Numbered from the stretch's first letter, positions 15,229-28,583 are shown. The stretch is DNA of 64,000 bases from Escherichia coli (GCF_001677475.2 NZ_CP015229.1), one strand, 5' to 3'. Notes: generated by a model not told the origin, from the sequence alone. A program made the numbers and translations.

Positions 15229-16854
15229 TCAACCCTGCCCTTCAGGGGTGGGGTTACCTTGCTTATCCTCTGTAAACTCCTTTCTGAGCATCACATAATC
15301 GAAAACATCATGGTTTGCATCCACAACCCGTGAGTCTCCTTTATAGTGTGCAATCACTTCCTCAAGCGTTTGTGGCTGTTCCGGCTTTGTTACCCCCATC
15401 CACGCATTAATAAGGTAATTATTGTAAGCTGTCGAAAAGATGTTGTTTTCCGTTGTGCGATCCACGCCATCCCCAAGAACGGGGCTATACCAGATAAACA
15501 TCGGGACATGATATGCCTGCTGGCTAGCCTCCCTGCCTCCATGAAAATAGACGTTCTTCTTCGTAGGGTCACGTTCCAGGCCGTGGTCGGCAAAATACAT
15601 GACCGAGGCGCGGCGATCTTTTAATAATTCAAAAACCTGACCTAGCAAACTATCTGTGTAATGAATGGAGTTGTCATAGCAGGCATCCTGATCGTCCTGC
15701 GGTTGAAACACGGCGCTGGATTGCGGATAGGCGCTACAAGCCGGTTCATGGCTTCCATTTAAATGAAGAACAATCAGTTTCTTTTGCTGCATATTTTGCT
15801 GTAACGCTTGCGATAAATGCGGCAACAACAATTCATCAAATCCTCTGACATAGACTGTTTCCATGGCGCGCATGGCGATACTGGTAACTGCTGTACCATT
15901 CTGCCGAAAAGCGGATTGCGAGCTTAGCCAGAAAGTCTGAAATCCTGCCTGATTAGCCATATTAATAATGTTGTCGGGGTAATTATGAATGTCATGGCTC
16001 AAAACGGAATCAGCAGTTAAAGAAAGGGGAACCGACAGCGCAGTGTAAGGTGCACCGCTTATTGCTTGATTAAACAGTTTGATCTGTTTTCTTTGTGCTT
16101 CGACTTGCGGTGTCGTAGAGCGTGTATATCCATACAAAGACATATTGTCGACACGTACAGACTCCCCCACAATCAACACGTAGGTATCAATACCTGTATC
16201 CCTGACTGATAATTGAAAATACGGCACCGTGTTTGCAATTGAGAGTAATCTTTGATGCTCTTTCGCTGCTAAAGCAAAATAATTGAGATTGAAAAACGGA
16301 GTATAGGTAGCAAATCGCGACGCTAGTATATATGGACTGAATGCTTTTTTATTTTTTGCATCTTTATAAGCAAATTGACAAGCAGAAAATAAACTGCCCG
16401 AAATGACAATCAGCAATAATATTCCTGTCACTTTTTTTGTCGGTAAGGAAACATCATATTTTATTATTACTGCCAAAAAAAGAAGGGATAAAAAAGCAAA
16501 AGCACATAGATAAGGGATATACATCCCCAGCATTTTGACAACTTCATCCGGATCACTCTGGAGCACACTAATCGCAAATCCATCATTGAAAGTTGTACCA
16601 AAGGTACACCATGAATAGAGGCTAATACTCATGTCTGCCGCAGTCAGTAACACAAATGGTGCGGCAACAAGCAGGCGAAGCGGAAGGGGTGATATACGTT
16701 TAACAACCAGGATGGTCAGGACGAAGAACAGCAATCGCTGAACCATATGCGCTCCGGAAGAGGCGACTAAGTTCGTAATACCAAAAACAATAACACAAAG
16801 ATACAACAACCAATGAGATTTAAAACTTCTAGCAAATTTGTTGAATACTGTCAT
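15229..16854 (-). CDS. yhbX: Putative phosphoethanolamine transferase / sulfatase-family inner-membrane protein YhbX (541 aa)
   Basis: Translation MTVFNKFARSFKSHWLLYLCVIVFGITNLV... with N-terminal TM helices and a C-terminal sulfatase-like domain; AT-rich relative to neighbours. Start taken at the ATG at 16852..16854. Confidence 0.85.
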   Translation of the reverse strand: MTVFNKFARSFKSHWLLYLCVIVFGITNLVASSGAHMVQRLLFFVLTILVVKRISPLPLRLLVAAPFVLLTAADMSISLYSWCTFGTTFNDGFAISVLQSDPDEVVKMLGMYIPYLCAFAFLSLLFLAVIIKYDVSLPTKKVTGILLLIVISGSLFSACQFAYKDAKNKKAFSPYILASRFATYTPFFNLNYFALAAKEHQRLLSIANTVPYFQLSVRDTGIDTYVLIVGESVRVDNMSLYGYTRSTTPQVEAQRKQIKLFNQAISGAPYTALSVPLSLTADSVLSHDIHNYPDNIINMANQAGFQTFWLSSQSAFRQNGTAVTSIAMRAMETVYVRGFDELLLPHLSQALQQNMQQKKLIVLHLNGSHEPACSAYPQSSAVFQPQDDQDACYDNSIHYTDSLLGQVFELLKDRRASVMYFADHGLERDPTKKNVYFHGGREASQQAYHVPMFIWYSPVLGDGVDRTTENNIFSTAYNNYLINAWMGVTKPEQPQTLEEVIAHYKGDSRVVDANHDVFDYVMLRKEFTEDKQGNPTPEGQG

Positions 16855-17278
16855 CCAGAAATCCAAGTTCACAACCAATATAAACAATTATCAACAATGT
16901 TCAATTTTATATCAGACATGTTTTTCAACTCTGATCCATATCAGAACGAAACACTGTTAGTTTTTTCTTTTTAAATGATGCGGCCATTGCGTTCTCAGTA
17001 ATTAAATAACATTATCAATGCGTCTCTAAACATTACGCAGAACGTAGCCATCAGTAGTTATACTGACAGGAGCAGGATGGTTTATCGAGAAGTAAACATA
17101 TCCGTATTCGTACCGGAACTGGAGTTGACACAATAAAGTGCCAATTATGTCAGCAGAAGGGAAAAATTTATAACTAAGGCGTACCGGCACCATCGTTTCA
17201 AGGTACCAGCTACGAGTAAAGCAACTGGACGAGATACAGATACCTGACTACCATTCCTCAGACCAGGACCAAAACGAA

Positions 17279-17303
17279 AAAAGACGCTTTTCAGCGTCTC
17301 TTT
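17279..17303 (-). terminator. Intrinsic terminator downstream of leuU (end of secG-leuU unit)
   Basis: Minus strand agacgctgaaaagcgtct hairpin followed by tttttt. Confidence 0.6.
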
Positions 17304-17312
17304 TCTGGAATT

Positions 17313-17399
17313 TGGTACCGAGGACGGGACTTGAACCCGTAAGCCCTATTGGGCACTACCACCTCAAGGTAGCGTGTCTACCAATTCCACCACCTCGGC
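17313..17399 (-). tRNA. leuU: tRNA-Leu (GAG anticodon, 87 nt)
   Basis: Reverse complement reads GCCGAGGTGGTGGAATTGGTAGACACGCTACCTTGAGGTGGTAGTGCCCAATAGGGCTTACGGGTTCAAGTCCCGTCCTCGGTACCA; long variable arm; immediately downstream of secG. Confidence 0.95.
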
Positions 17400-17413
17400 A
17401 CGGATACTACTTT

Positions 17414-17746
17414 TTAGATCGGGATATCGCTGGTCGGCTTAGCCGGAGCAACTGGCTGAGTTTGTTCGGTTTTCGCCGGCGCACTCAGGTTTTCCCATTC
17501 GCTACCTTTATTGGTTTTATTGTTATTGATGTTACCCAGCACCAGACTGATGATGAAGAATAACGTTGCCAGCAGCGCCGTCATGCGGGTCATGAAGTTA
17601 CCAGAACCACTTGAACCAAACAGCGTAGCGGAAGCGCCTGCTCCGAAGGAGGCTCCCATATCAGCGCCTTTACCTTGCTGCAGCATGATCAGACCAACAA
17701 GGCCAATTGCCACAATAAGGAAAACTACTAAAAGAGCTTCGTACAT
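17414..17746 (-). CDS. secG: Protein-export membrane protein SecG (110 aa)
   Basis: Translation MYEALLVVFLIVAIGLVGLIMLQQGKGADMGASFGAGASATLFGSSGSGNFMTRM...; track ORF over-extended by 16 codons. Confidence 0.93.
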   Translation of the reverse strand: MYEALLVVFLIVAIGLVGLIMLQQGKGADMGASFGAGASATLFGSSGSGNFMTRMTALLATLFFIISLVLGNINNNKTNKGSEWENLSAPAKTEQTQPVAPAKPTSDIPI

Positions 17747-17926
17747 AATCAACCTGTTCCTTGCGGAGTTGCCGCGTACCAATGCTTCAACCAATAAAGC
17801 GGGAGTTTTTAATCTTTCCCACTGAAGCGGGTGTGAATACTAACCAAAGCGAATGACCTTCGCAAGGGCAATTTTATCGCATTGTATCAACTGCGGAAAA
17901 AAACAGCAAAACCGATGTGTTCGCTG

Positions 17927-17952
17927 AGAAAAAAGGCGACAATCGCCGCCTT
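17927..17952 (-). terminator. Intrinsic terminator downstream of glmM
   Basis: Minus strand aaggcggcgattgtcgcctt hairpin followed by ttttttc. Confidence 0.55.
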
Positions 17953-17973
17953 TTTAGCCAGTCATTTATCGTT

Positions 17974-19311
17974 TTAAACGGCTTTTACTGCATCGGCGAT
18001 ACGGTGTGCAAATTCAGTTACCTGCGCTTCGTCTTCACCTTCTACCATCACGCGAATTAACGGTTCGGTGCCGGATTTACGCAACAGCACACGTCCACGA
18101 CTACCCAGCGCCGCTTCAACTTCGGCGGTCACAGCTTTGACTGATTCATGCTCCAGTGGATCGCCGCTACCTGCGGTGTAACGCACGTTAACCAGAATCT
18201 GCGGGAACATTTTCATGCCGCTGCAAAGGTCGTGCAGGCTCATATGGTTACGTGCCATCGCCGCCAGCACCTGCAAGCCAGCAACGATGCCGTCACCGGT
18301 AGTGGTTTTATCCAGCAGGATCACATGACCGGAATTCTCTGCACCGATACGCCAGCCTTTCTCCTGCATTTTTTCCAGTACGTAGCGGTCACCCACTTTC
18401 GCGCGCGCAAATGGAATTCCTAACTGTTTCAGCGCCAGTTCAAGCCCCATGTTGCTCATCAATGTACCCACAGCGCCACCACGCAGCTGGCCCTGACGAA
18501 GACCTTCACGCGCGATGATATACATGATCTGATCGCCATCGACTTTATTGCCTTCATGGTCAACCATAATCACGCGATCGCCGTCGCCGTCAAAGGCGAT
18601 ACCGAGATCTGCTTTTTCAGCCAGTACGCGCGCCTGTAACGCACGAACATCAGTTGCGCCCACTTCGGCATTGATATTTACACCGTTCGGCTCACAACCG
18701 ATAGCGATAACGTTAGCCCCCAGTTCGCGCAGCACGTTCGGCGCGATGTGATAAGTCGCACCGTTTGCACAATCCACCACAATCTTCAGTTCACTGAGGC
18801 TAAGTTCGTTCGGGAACGTGGCTTTGCAAAACTCGATATAACGACCCGCGGCATCAACGATACGGCTGGCTTTACCCAGTTCTGCCGAATCAACGCAGCT
18901 GATCTCTTTTTCCATTTCCGCTTCGATGGCCTCTTCTACCGCATCTGGTAGTTTGGTGCCGTCGATAGAGAAGAATTTAATGCCATTATCGTAGAACGGG
19001 TTATGCGATGCAGATATCACAATGCCGGCCTCTGCGCGGAAGGTACGCGTCAGATAAGCCACGGCCGGTGTTGGCATCGGACCAGTGAAGAGTGCGGAAA
19101 GGCCCGCAGCCGCCAGACCCGCTTCCAGTGCTGACTCCAGCATATAGCCAGAAATACGCGTGTCTTTACCAATAATAATCTTACGGGAGCCGTGGCGCGC
19201 CAGCACTTTACCCGCGGCCCAACCCAGCTTAAGCACAAAATCAGGTGTGATCGGCGCATCCCCTACACGACCACGAATCCCATCGGTACCGAAATATTTA
19301 CGATTACTCAT
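17974..19311 (-). CDS. glmM: Phosphoglucosamine mutase GlmM (445 aa)
   Basis: Translation [34 protein letters not shown]... with active-site ASHNP motif. Confidence 0.97.
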   Translation of the reverse strand: MSNRKYFGTDGIRGRVGDAPITPDFVLKLGWAAGKVLARHGSRKIIIGKDTRISGYMLESALEAGLAAAGLSALFTGPMPTPAVAYLTRTFRAEAGIVISASHNPFYDNGIKFFSIDGTKLPDAVEEAIEAEMEKEISCVDSAELGKASRIVDAAGRYIEFCKATFPNELSLSELKIVVDCANGATYHIAPNVLRELGANVIAIGCEPNGVNINAEVGATDVRALQARVLAEKADLGIAFDGDGDRVIMVDHEGNKVDGDQIMYIIAREGLRQGQLRGGAVGTLMSNMGLELALKQLGIPFARAKVGDRYVLEKMQEKGWRIGAENSGHVILLDKTTTGDGIVAGLQVLAAMARNHMSLHDLCSGMKMFPQILVNVRYTAGSGDPLEHESVKAVTAEVEAALGSRGRVLLRKSGTEPLIRVMVEGEDEAQVTEFAHRIADAVKAV

Positions 19312-20152
19312 AGCGTTTGTTTTCCTTTGCAGACAGAGTGGCTTCCACCACCCGCATCGCTTCTACGGTTTCTTTGACGTCATGAACACGAATGATGTGC
19401 GCGCCTTGCATTGCGGCAATGACCGCACAGGCCAGACTACCGCTCAGGCGCTCGGACGGCCCCACGTTCAGCAATTGCCCAATCATCGATTTTCGTGACA
19501 TACCCACCAACAGCGGCAGGTTGAAATGGTGAAATTCAGCCAGGCGCGCCAGTAATGAATAGTTATGGGAGAGATTTTTACCGAAACCGAATCCGGGGTC
19601 GAGCAACAATTTCTCTTTTGCGATACCCGCCTGCTCGCAACGTGCTATTTGCTCAATAAAGTAGCGATTCACTTCTGCAAAGACATCGTCATACTTCGGG
19701 GCTTCCTGCATGGTTTTTGGATTTCCCTGCATATGCATCAGGCAAACCGGCAAACCGGTCTCTGCAGCCGCCTCCAGAGCACCAGGTTCGGAAAGGGAGC
19801 GGATATCATTAATAATGTGAGCGCCAACTTTCGCTGACTCACGGATGACTTCTGGTTTGGATGTATCGACCGAGATCCAGACTTCGAAGCGTTGAGCAAT
19901 TGCCTCAACCACAGGAATGACACGTTGCAACTCTTCTTCAACGCTAACTTCCGCCGCCCCTGGGCGCGTGGACTCGCCACCAACGTCAATGATCGTCGCG
20001 CCAGCATTGATCATCAGATTCGCATGTTTCACCGCATCTATCAGCGAGTTATGCGTGCCACCATCCGAAAAGGAATCAGGCGTGACGTTGAGGATCCCCA
20101 TTACGTGAGGATGGCTAAGATCCAGTGAAGTACCCTGGGCAAAGAGTTTCAT
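19304..20152 (-). CDS. folP: Dihydropteroate synthase FolP (282 aa)
   Basis: Translation [65 protein letters not shown]...; overlaps the glmM start by 8 nt. Confidence 0.93.
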
Positions 20153-20180
20153 GATGTTATCCCTGGTATGAATTGATAAG

Positions 20181-20210
20181 AAAAAACCCCGGAGCACGCC
20201 CCGGGGTTTT
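20181..20210 (-). terminator. Intrinsic terminator downstream of ftsH
   Basis: ccccgg...ccgggg hairpin flanked by A-run (plus) and T-run (minus). Confidence 0.6.
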
Positions 20211-20241
20211 CGGTACAAATACAGTCATCTGATGCGGGAAC

Positions 20242-22176
20242 TTACTTGTCGCCTAACTGCTCTGACATGGTGTTACCCGGGTTCGGCGTACGCGGTTCAT
20301 CAACCGGACGAGGAGCCTTTGGACTACCATTGTCGCCAGAATTGTTAGAAGCGCCTGGTTCTTCCCAGCCCGCTGGCGGACGTACATCGCGACGTGCCAT
20401 CAGGTCATCAATCTGCGGTGCGTCGATAGTCTCATATTTCATGAGAGCATCTTTCATCGCATGCAGAATATCCATATTGTCGGTCAGAAGCTGACGCGCA
20501 CGATTATAGTTACGCTCAATCAGTGCTTTCACTTCCTGGTCGATGATACGTGCAGTTTCATCGGACATATGTTTCGCTTTCGCTACGCTACGGCCGAGGA
20601 ACACTTCACCTTCTTCTTCCGCGTACAGCAGTGGCCCCAATTTCTCAGAGAAGCCCCACTGAGTCACCATGTTACGTGCCAGGTTGGTCGCAACTTTAAT
20701 ATCGTTGGACGCACCGGTAGAAACATGTTCCGGCCCGTAGATGATCTCTTCTGCCAGACGACCACCGTACAGCGTAGAAATCTGGCTTTCCAGTTTCTGA
20801 CGGCTGGCGCTGATTGCGTCGCCCTCAGGCAAGAAGAAAGTCACACCCAGCGCACGACCGCGTGGGATAATCGTCACTTTGTGCACCGGATCGTGTTCCG
20901 GCACCAGGCGACCGATAATTGCGTGACCCGCTTCGTGGTAAGCCGTCGATTCTTTCTGCGCTTCCGTCATCACCATGGAGCGACGTTCCGCACCCATCAT
21001 GATTTTGTCTTTCGCTTTCTCGAACTCAACCATCGACACAACGCGTTTGTTTCCACGAGCAGCGAACAGTGCCGCTTCGTTCACCAGGTTCGCCAGGTCA
21101 GCACCGGAGAAACCAGGAGTACCACGGGCAATGATTGCCGCGTCGATATCGGGTGCCAATGGTACGCGACGCATGTGAACTTTCAGGATCTGCTCACGAC
21201 CGCGAACATCTGGCAAGCCAACCACAACCTGACGGTCGAAACGGCCAGGACGCAGCAGCGCTGGGTCGAGAACGTCCGGACGGTTAGTCGCGGCGATAAC
21301 GATGATACCTTCGTTACCTTCGAAGCCATCCATCTCAACCAGCATCTGGTTCAGAGTCTGTTCACGTTCATCGTGACCACCGCCCAGACCAGCGCCACGC
21401 TGGCGGCCTACGGCGTCGATTTCATCGATAAAGATGATGCACGGTGCCGCTTTCTTCGCCTGTTCGAACATGTCACGAACACGGGATGCACCCACACCGA
21501 CGAACATTTCTACGAAGTCAGAACCGGAGATAGTAAAGAACGGAACTTTCGCTTCGCCTGCAATCGCTTTCGCCAGCAGCGTTTTACCGGTACCCGGAGG
21601 ACCGACCATCAGGACGCCTTTCGGGATCTTACCGCCGAGTTTCTGGAAGCGGCTCGGCTCGCGCAGATACTCAACCAGTTCAGCAACTTCTTCTTTTGCT
21701 TCGTCGCAGCCCGCAACGTCAGCAAAGGTCGTTTTGATCTGATCTTCCGTCAGCATGCGCGCTTTGCTCTTACCAAACGACATGGCACCTTTGCCACCGC
21801 CGCCCTGCATTTGACGCATGAAGAAGATCCAGACACCAATCAGCAACAGCATCGGGAACCAGGAGATGAAGATAGAAGCCAGCAGGCTTGGTTCTTCAGG
21901 CGGTTCACCGACAACCTTGACGTTCTTGGTCAACAGGTTATCCAGTAATTTCGGATCCTGAACCGGAATGTAAGTGGTATAACGGTTACTATCTTTCTTG
22001 GTAACGTTGATTTCACGTCCGTTGATACGCGCTTCACGAACCTGGTCGTTATTGACCTCTTGTAGGAAGGTAGAGTAATCCACCTTACGGCCATTAGACT
22101 CGCTGGGCCCAAAGCTCTGGAATACTGACATCAGCACAACGGCAATGACCAGCCAGAGTATTAGGTTTTTCGCCAT
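20242..22176 (-). CDS. ftsH: ATP-dependent zinc metalloprotease FtsH/HflB (644 aa)
   Basis: Translation [41 protein letters not shown]... with Walker A GPPGTGKT and HEAGH zinc motif. Confidence 0.95.
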
Positions 22177-22275
22177 GTCACTCAAGGGATTAACCTCTTA
22201 TTACAACTGTGTTAAAAACAGCGTCAGGATACTCTATATCCAGCATCTTTCAAACTTTCGTCTGAAATCTCCCGG

Positions 22276-22905
22276 TTAGGGTTTACGCCCGGTCGCTACA
22301 ATATACACTTCCCGCGAACGTGCACGAGAAGAGTCCGGCTTACGAACTTTGACCTTCGTAAACAGGGAGCGAATTTCCCTTAGATACTCATCGAAACCTT
22401 CGCCCTGGAACACCTTCACTACAAAACTGCCACCTGGCGCTAATACATCACGACACATTTCTAGCGCCAGTTCCACCAGATACATGGCACGGGGGATATC
22501 CACCGCCGGTGTTCCGCTCATGTTTGGTGCCATATCGGACATGACAACCTGGACTTTGCTGTCGCCAACGCGCTCCAGCAGTGCTTTCATCACCAGTTCA
22601 TCACGAAAATCGCCCTGAAGAAAGTCCACACCAACGATAGGATCCATAGGTAAAAGATCGCAAGCGATGATGCGGCCTTTGCCGCCAATTTGGGTGACCA
22701 CATATTGTGACCAACCACCCGGAGCAGCACCAAGGTCGACAACCGTCATTCCCGGTTTAAAGAGTTTGTCACTTTGCTGTATTTCATCAAGTTTAAACCA
22801 GGCACGGGAACGTAACCCCTTTTTCTGTGCCTGTTGAACATATTTATCGCTAAAGTGTTCCTGAAGCCAGCGGCTGGAGCTGGCAGAACGCTTCTTACCT
22901 GTCAT
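22276..22905 (-). CDS. rlmE: 23S rRNA 2'-O-ribose U2552 methyltransferase RlmE/FtsJ (209 aa)
   Basis: Translation [68 protein letters not shown]... Confidence 0.95.
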
Positions 22906-23030
22906 TTAACTTTCCCATGGGGATAACTCATCGTAACCAATTGCGTAAATTTTTACGCGCCTATTTGGTGATATATGGGAGATGGCGGTAGAATGACCCG
23001 TTTTCAATCCCAACGTAAGCAAAAAATACG

Positions 23031-23324
23031 ATGAATCTGAGTACTAAACAAAAACAGCACCTGAAAGGTCTGGCACATCCGCTCAAGCCAGTTGTTCTGC
23101 TTGGCAGTAATGGTTTGACCGAAGGGGTGCTGGCCGAGATTGAACAAGCGTTAGAGCACCATGAACTCATCAAGGTGAAAATCGCCACCGAAGATCGCGA
23201 AACTAAAACCTTGATCGTGGAAGCTATCGTGCGCGAAACCGGCGCCTGTAATGTACAGGTCATCGGTAAAACGCTGGTGCTTTATCGCCCAACTAAAGAA
23301 CGTAAAATCTCGCTGCCACGCTAA
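23031..23324 (+). CDS. yhbY: CRM-domain RNA-binding protein YhbY (97 aa)
   Basis: Translation MNLSTKQKQHLKGLAHPLKPVVLLGSNGLTEGVLAEIEQALEHHELIKVKIATEDRETK...; divergent from rlmE. Confidence 0.93.
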   Translation: MNLSTKQKQHLKGLAHPLKPVVLLGSNGLTEGVLAEIEQALEHHELIKVKIATEDRETKTLIVEAIVRETGACNVQVIGKTLVLYRPTKERKISLPR

Positions 23325-23412
23325 GATTATCCTAAAGTTACACACATTTGCTGTGTAAAACGAGGGGTTTTCCGCAGGCAGGAGAGCAAAATGCCACGCT
23401 CTGTTCGTTGAT

Positions 23413-23438
23413 AAAAGGCCGCATAGCGGCCTTTTTCC
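23413..23438. terminator. Bidirectional intrinsic terminator between yhbY (+) and greA (-)
   Basis: ggccgcatagcggcc hairpin flanked by aaaa upstream and ttttt downstream. Confidence 0.6.
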
Positions 23439-23479
23439 TTTCTTTACAATACATCAACATCTTGAGTATTGGGTAATTC

Positions 23480-23956
<477 letters not shown>

Positions 23957-24048
23957 TTGTTATACCTCTTGAATATTCCTGATGGGGCAAGTCTTCACCC
24001 ACCCCGGCTGTTCGGCCTGCCCGGCATAACTCCTCACCGGGACCAGAA

Positions 24049-24092
24049 GCAAAAAAATACCGACCCGGGTACAAGTCCCAGGTCAGCTACAA
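24049..24092 (-). ncRNA. graL: greA leader terminated by an intrinsic terminator (GraL-like short leader RNA)
   Basis: Minus strand GACCUGGG-ACUUGUA-CCCGGGUC hairpin followed by GGUAUUUUUUU, about 40 nt downstream of the predicted promoter and upstream of the greA start codon; 5' end is inferred. Confidence 0.45.
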
Positions 24093-24099
24093 TTCACAT

Positions 24100-24127
24100 T
24101 TTGATAGTCATTTTACCCTGAAGTTCC
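24100..24127 (-). promoter_or_regulatory. Sigma-E-type promoter (GGAACTT-N16-TCAAA) overlapping a sigma-70 -10 (TAAAAT) upstream of greA
   Basis: Minus strand reads GGAACTT cagggtaaaatgacta TCAAA; a close match to the sigma-E consensus with 16-nt spacing. Confidence 0.55.
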
Positions 24128-24203
24128 CGAAGGGTCATCGTTTACTTTATAGGGCGTTGCGCCGTAGTATGACGGCTCGATTCCAGGTTGTTAGCGCGAG
24201 ATT

Positions 24204-25637
24204 ATGCGATTTTCCAGATTTATCATCGGATTGGCCAGCTGTATAGCGTTCAGTGTTCAGGCCGCAAATGTTGATGAGTACATTACTCAACTCCCCGCTG
24301 GTGCCAACCTTGCCCTGATGGTGCAAAAAGTCGGCGCGTCGGCCCCCGCTATTGATTACCACAGTCAGCAGATGGCGCTGCCCGCCAGTACGCAGAAAGT
24401 GATTACTGCGCTGGCGGCGTTGATTCAACTCGGCCCCGATTTTCGTTTTACCACGACGCTTGAAACCAAAGGCAATGTGGAAAACGGCGTACTTAAGGGT
24501 GACTTAGTGGCGCGATTTGGTGCCGATCCGACGTTAAAACGTCAGGATATTCGCAATATGGTCGCGACTTTGAAAAAATCTGGCGTCAACCAAATCGATG
24601 GCAATGTGTTTATAGATACCTCCATTTTCGCCAGCCACGATAAAGCCCCCGGCTGGCCATGGAATGACATGACACAATGCTTTAGCGCTCCGCCTGCCGC
24701 CGCCATAGTTGACCGCAACTGTTTCTCCGTCTCGCTCTACAGTGCCCCAAAACCTGGTGATATGGCTTTTATACGCGTGGCATCTTATTACCCCGTTACG
24801 ATGTTCAGCCAGGTACGCACCCTCCCCCGTGGTTCTGCCGAAGCGCAATACTGCGAACTGGATGTGGTGCCAGGCGACCTGAACCGCTTTACGCTGACGG
24901 GATGCCTGCCACAACGTTCTGAGCCGCTCCCGTTGGCTTTTGCCGTGCAGGATGGAGCCAGCTATGCCGGTGCAATTCTGAAAGATGAGTTAAAACAGGC
25001 GGGTATCACCTGGAGCGGAACACTGCTGCGCCAGACTCAGGTTAACGAACCTGGAACGGTAGTTGCCAGTAAACAGTCGGCCCCGCTGCACGATCTGCTT
25101 AAGATTATGCTGAAAAAGTCGGACAACATGATCGCCGATACGGTTTTCCGCATGATAGGCCATGCGCGCTTCAATGTGCCTGGAACATGGCGGGCCGGGT
25201 CGGACGCCGTGCGTCAGATCCTGCGCCAGCAAGCCGGTGTCGATATTGGAAACACCATTATTGCCGATGGTTCAGGGCTTTCGCGGCATAACCTGATTGC
25301 CCCCGCTACCATGATGCAGGTGCTGCAATACATTGCCCAACACGACAATGAACTTAACTTTATCTCCATGCTGCCGCTGGCGGGCTATGACGGCTCTTTG
25401 CAGTACCGTGCAGGTCTGCATCAGGCGGGCGTGGATGGAAAAGTCTCAGCGAAAACCGGTTCGTTGCAGGGGGTATATAACCTGGCGGGATTCATTACCA
25501 CAGCGAGCGGGCAACGAATGGCGTTTGTGCAATATCTTTCTGGCTATGCCGTAGAGCCGGCGGATCAGCGTAATCGCCGTATTCCGTTAGTGCGTTTTGA
25601 AAGCCGTTTGTATAAAGATATTTATCAGAATAATTAG
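24204..25637 (+). CDS. dacB: D-alanyl-D-alanine carboxypeptidase/endopeptidase DacB (PBP4, 477 aa)
   Basis: Translation MRFSRFIIGLASCIAFSVQAANVDEYITQLPAGANLALMVQKVGASAPAIDYHSQQMALPASTQK... (signal peptide, STQK motif). Confidence 0.97.
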   Translation: MRFSRFIIGLASCIAFSVQAANVDEYITQLPAGANLALMVQKVGASAPAIDYHSQQMALPASTQKVITALAALIQLGPDFRFTTTLETKGNVENGVLKGDLVARFGADPTLKRQDIRNMVATLKKSGVNQIDGNVFIDTSIFASHDKAPGWPWNDMTQCFSAPPAAAIVDRNCFSVSLYSAPKPGDMAFIRVASYYPVTMFSQVRTLPRGSAEAQYCELDVVPGDLNRFTLTGCLPQRSEPLPLAFAVQDGASYAGAILKDELKQAGITWSGTLLRQTQVNEPGTVVASKQSAPLHDLLKIMLKKSDNMIADTVFRMIGHARFNVPGTWRAGSDAVRQILRQQAGVDIGNTIIADGSGLSRHNLIAPATMMQVLQYIAQHDNELNFISMLPLAGYDGSLQYRAGLHQAGVDGKVSAKTGSLQGVYNLAGFITTASGQRMAFVQYLSGYAVEPADQRNRRIPLVRFESRLYKDIYQNN

Positions 25638-25647
25638 TCTAAAGAGA

Positions 25648-25672
25648 AACCCCGGCACATGGCCGGGGTTTT
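25648..25672. terminator. Bidirectional terminator between dacB (+) and obgE (-)
   Basis: ccccggcacatggccgggg hairpin with flanking A/T runs. Confidence 0.65.
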
Positions 25673-25677
25673 GCTGA

Positions 25678-26865
<1,188 letters not shown>

Positions 26866-27831
26866 TCATTCGCCTGCGCGGGGTTGCGATACCACCGTTG
26901 TATGCTTACGTAATCCGCCCCAAATACGATGACCAATGGCGGAATACATCGCGCCCGCAACCACGACAAACGCACCGAGATAACCTAAAAGGTTTAACAT
27001 CGGTCTGGCGAAGAAATCGGGCCAGGCCAGTGATAAAAGATCTGAAAAAAACAGCGTAAACAGTGGGGTGAGCGTGATGATCGCGCTCACCTGCGCTGCC
27101 TGCCAGCGAGCCATCGCTTCCGCCAGGGCGCCATATCCTACCAATGTATTCAGTCCGCAAAAAATTAAACATGCGAGCTGCCAGTGGCTAAGCTGCGCTA
27201 TCACTCCTGGCTTTGCCAGAGGGAAGAGCGCGATTGTACACAAAGTGTACAGTAAAAACAGGATCTGCGGTGAGGCCAGCCGACGCAATAAAACCTTTTG
27301 CGCCACGCCATAACTCACCCAAACCGTCGCAGCACCGACCCCAAAGATAACTCCCCAGGTGTAATCGGTTAGCTTTGTAAATATCTCGACCAGACTGGTG
27401 TTAAAAAACATCACCAGGCCGCTCAGGAGCATCAATGCCCCTACAACCTGAGTGCTGCGCATTTTCTCTTTCAGGATAAATACGCTGGCAACCATCATGC
27501 CAACTGGCGAGAGTTGCCCAATCACCTGCGAAGCGGTCGGACTCAGGTATTGCAAGGATGAGCTGAACAGGATGAAGTTCCCAAACAGCCCGGCGGTCGC
27601 CACTGCCAACAAAATCAACCAGCGTGGCTTACGAAACACGCGTAATGGCGGCAACCTCTTCTTCACCGCAAGAATGGCACCAAGGCCAATACTCGCCATC
27701 AAGAAACGGTAAAACACGATTGTCGGAGGTTCCATCACCTCCAGCACCTGCTTCATTGCGATTGGCAACGCCCCCCAGCAAATTGCTGTGGTGAGCGCCA
27801 AAAGAATGCCAATGCCTGCCTGCTGCTTCAT
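26866..27831 (-). CDS. yhbE: EamA/DMT-family inner-membrane transporter YhbE (321 aa)
   Basis: Translation MKQQAGIGILLALTTAICWGALPIAMKQVLEVMEPPTIVFYRF..., 10-TM hydrophobic profile. Confidence 0.93.
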   Translation of the reverse strand: MKQQAGIGILLALTTAICWGALPIAMKQVLEVMEPPTIVFYRFLMASIGLGAILAVKKRLPPLRVFRKPRWLILLAVATAGLFGNFILFSSSLQYLSPTASQVIGQLSPVGMMVASVFILKEKMRSTQVVGALMLLSGLVMFFNTSLVEIFTKLTDYTWGVIFGVGAATVWVSYGVAQKVLLRRLASPQILFLLYTLCTIALFPLAKPGVIAQLSHWQLACLIFCGLNTLVGYGALAEAMARWQAAQVSAIITLTPLFTLFFSDLLSLAWPDFFARPMLNLLGYLGAFVVVAGAMYSAIGHRIWGGLRKHTTVVSQPRAGE

Positions 27832-27902
27832 ACCGTATTCCCTGCAAAGCGCATTTGCGGATTAACGTCGCACCATGCGCATTTTTACCGGTTATCGAAT
27901 GT

Positions 27903-27932
27903 AAAAAGCCCCGCAACGTGTTGCGGGGCTTT
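27903..27932 (-). terminator. Intrinsic terminator downstream of rpmA
   Basis: gccccgcaacgtgttgcggggc hairpin followed on the minus strand by ttttt. Confidence 0.65.
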
Positions 27933-27957
27933 CATCCGTTACCGGGACGCGAAAAAC

Positions 27958-28583
<626 letters not shown>

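Noticed and set aside
20461-21948. 495-aa plus-strand ORF antisense to ftsH
   Set aside because: Nested antisense to FtsH; no motifs.
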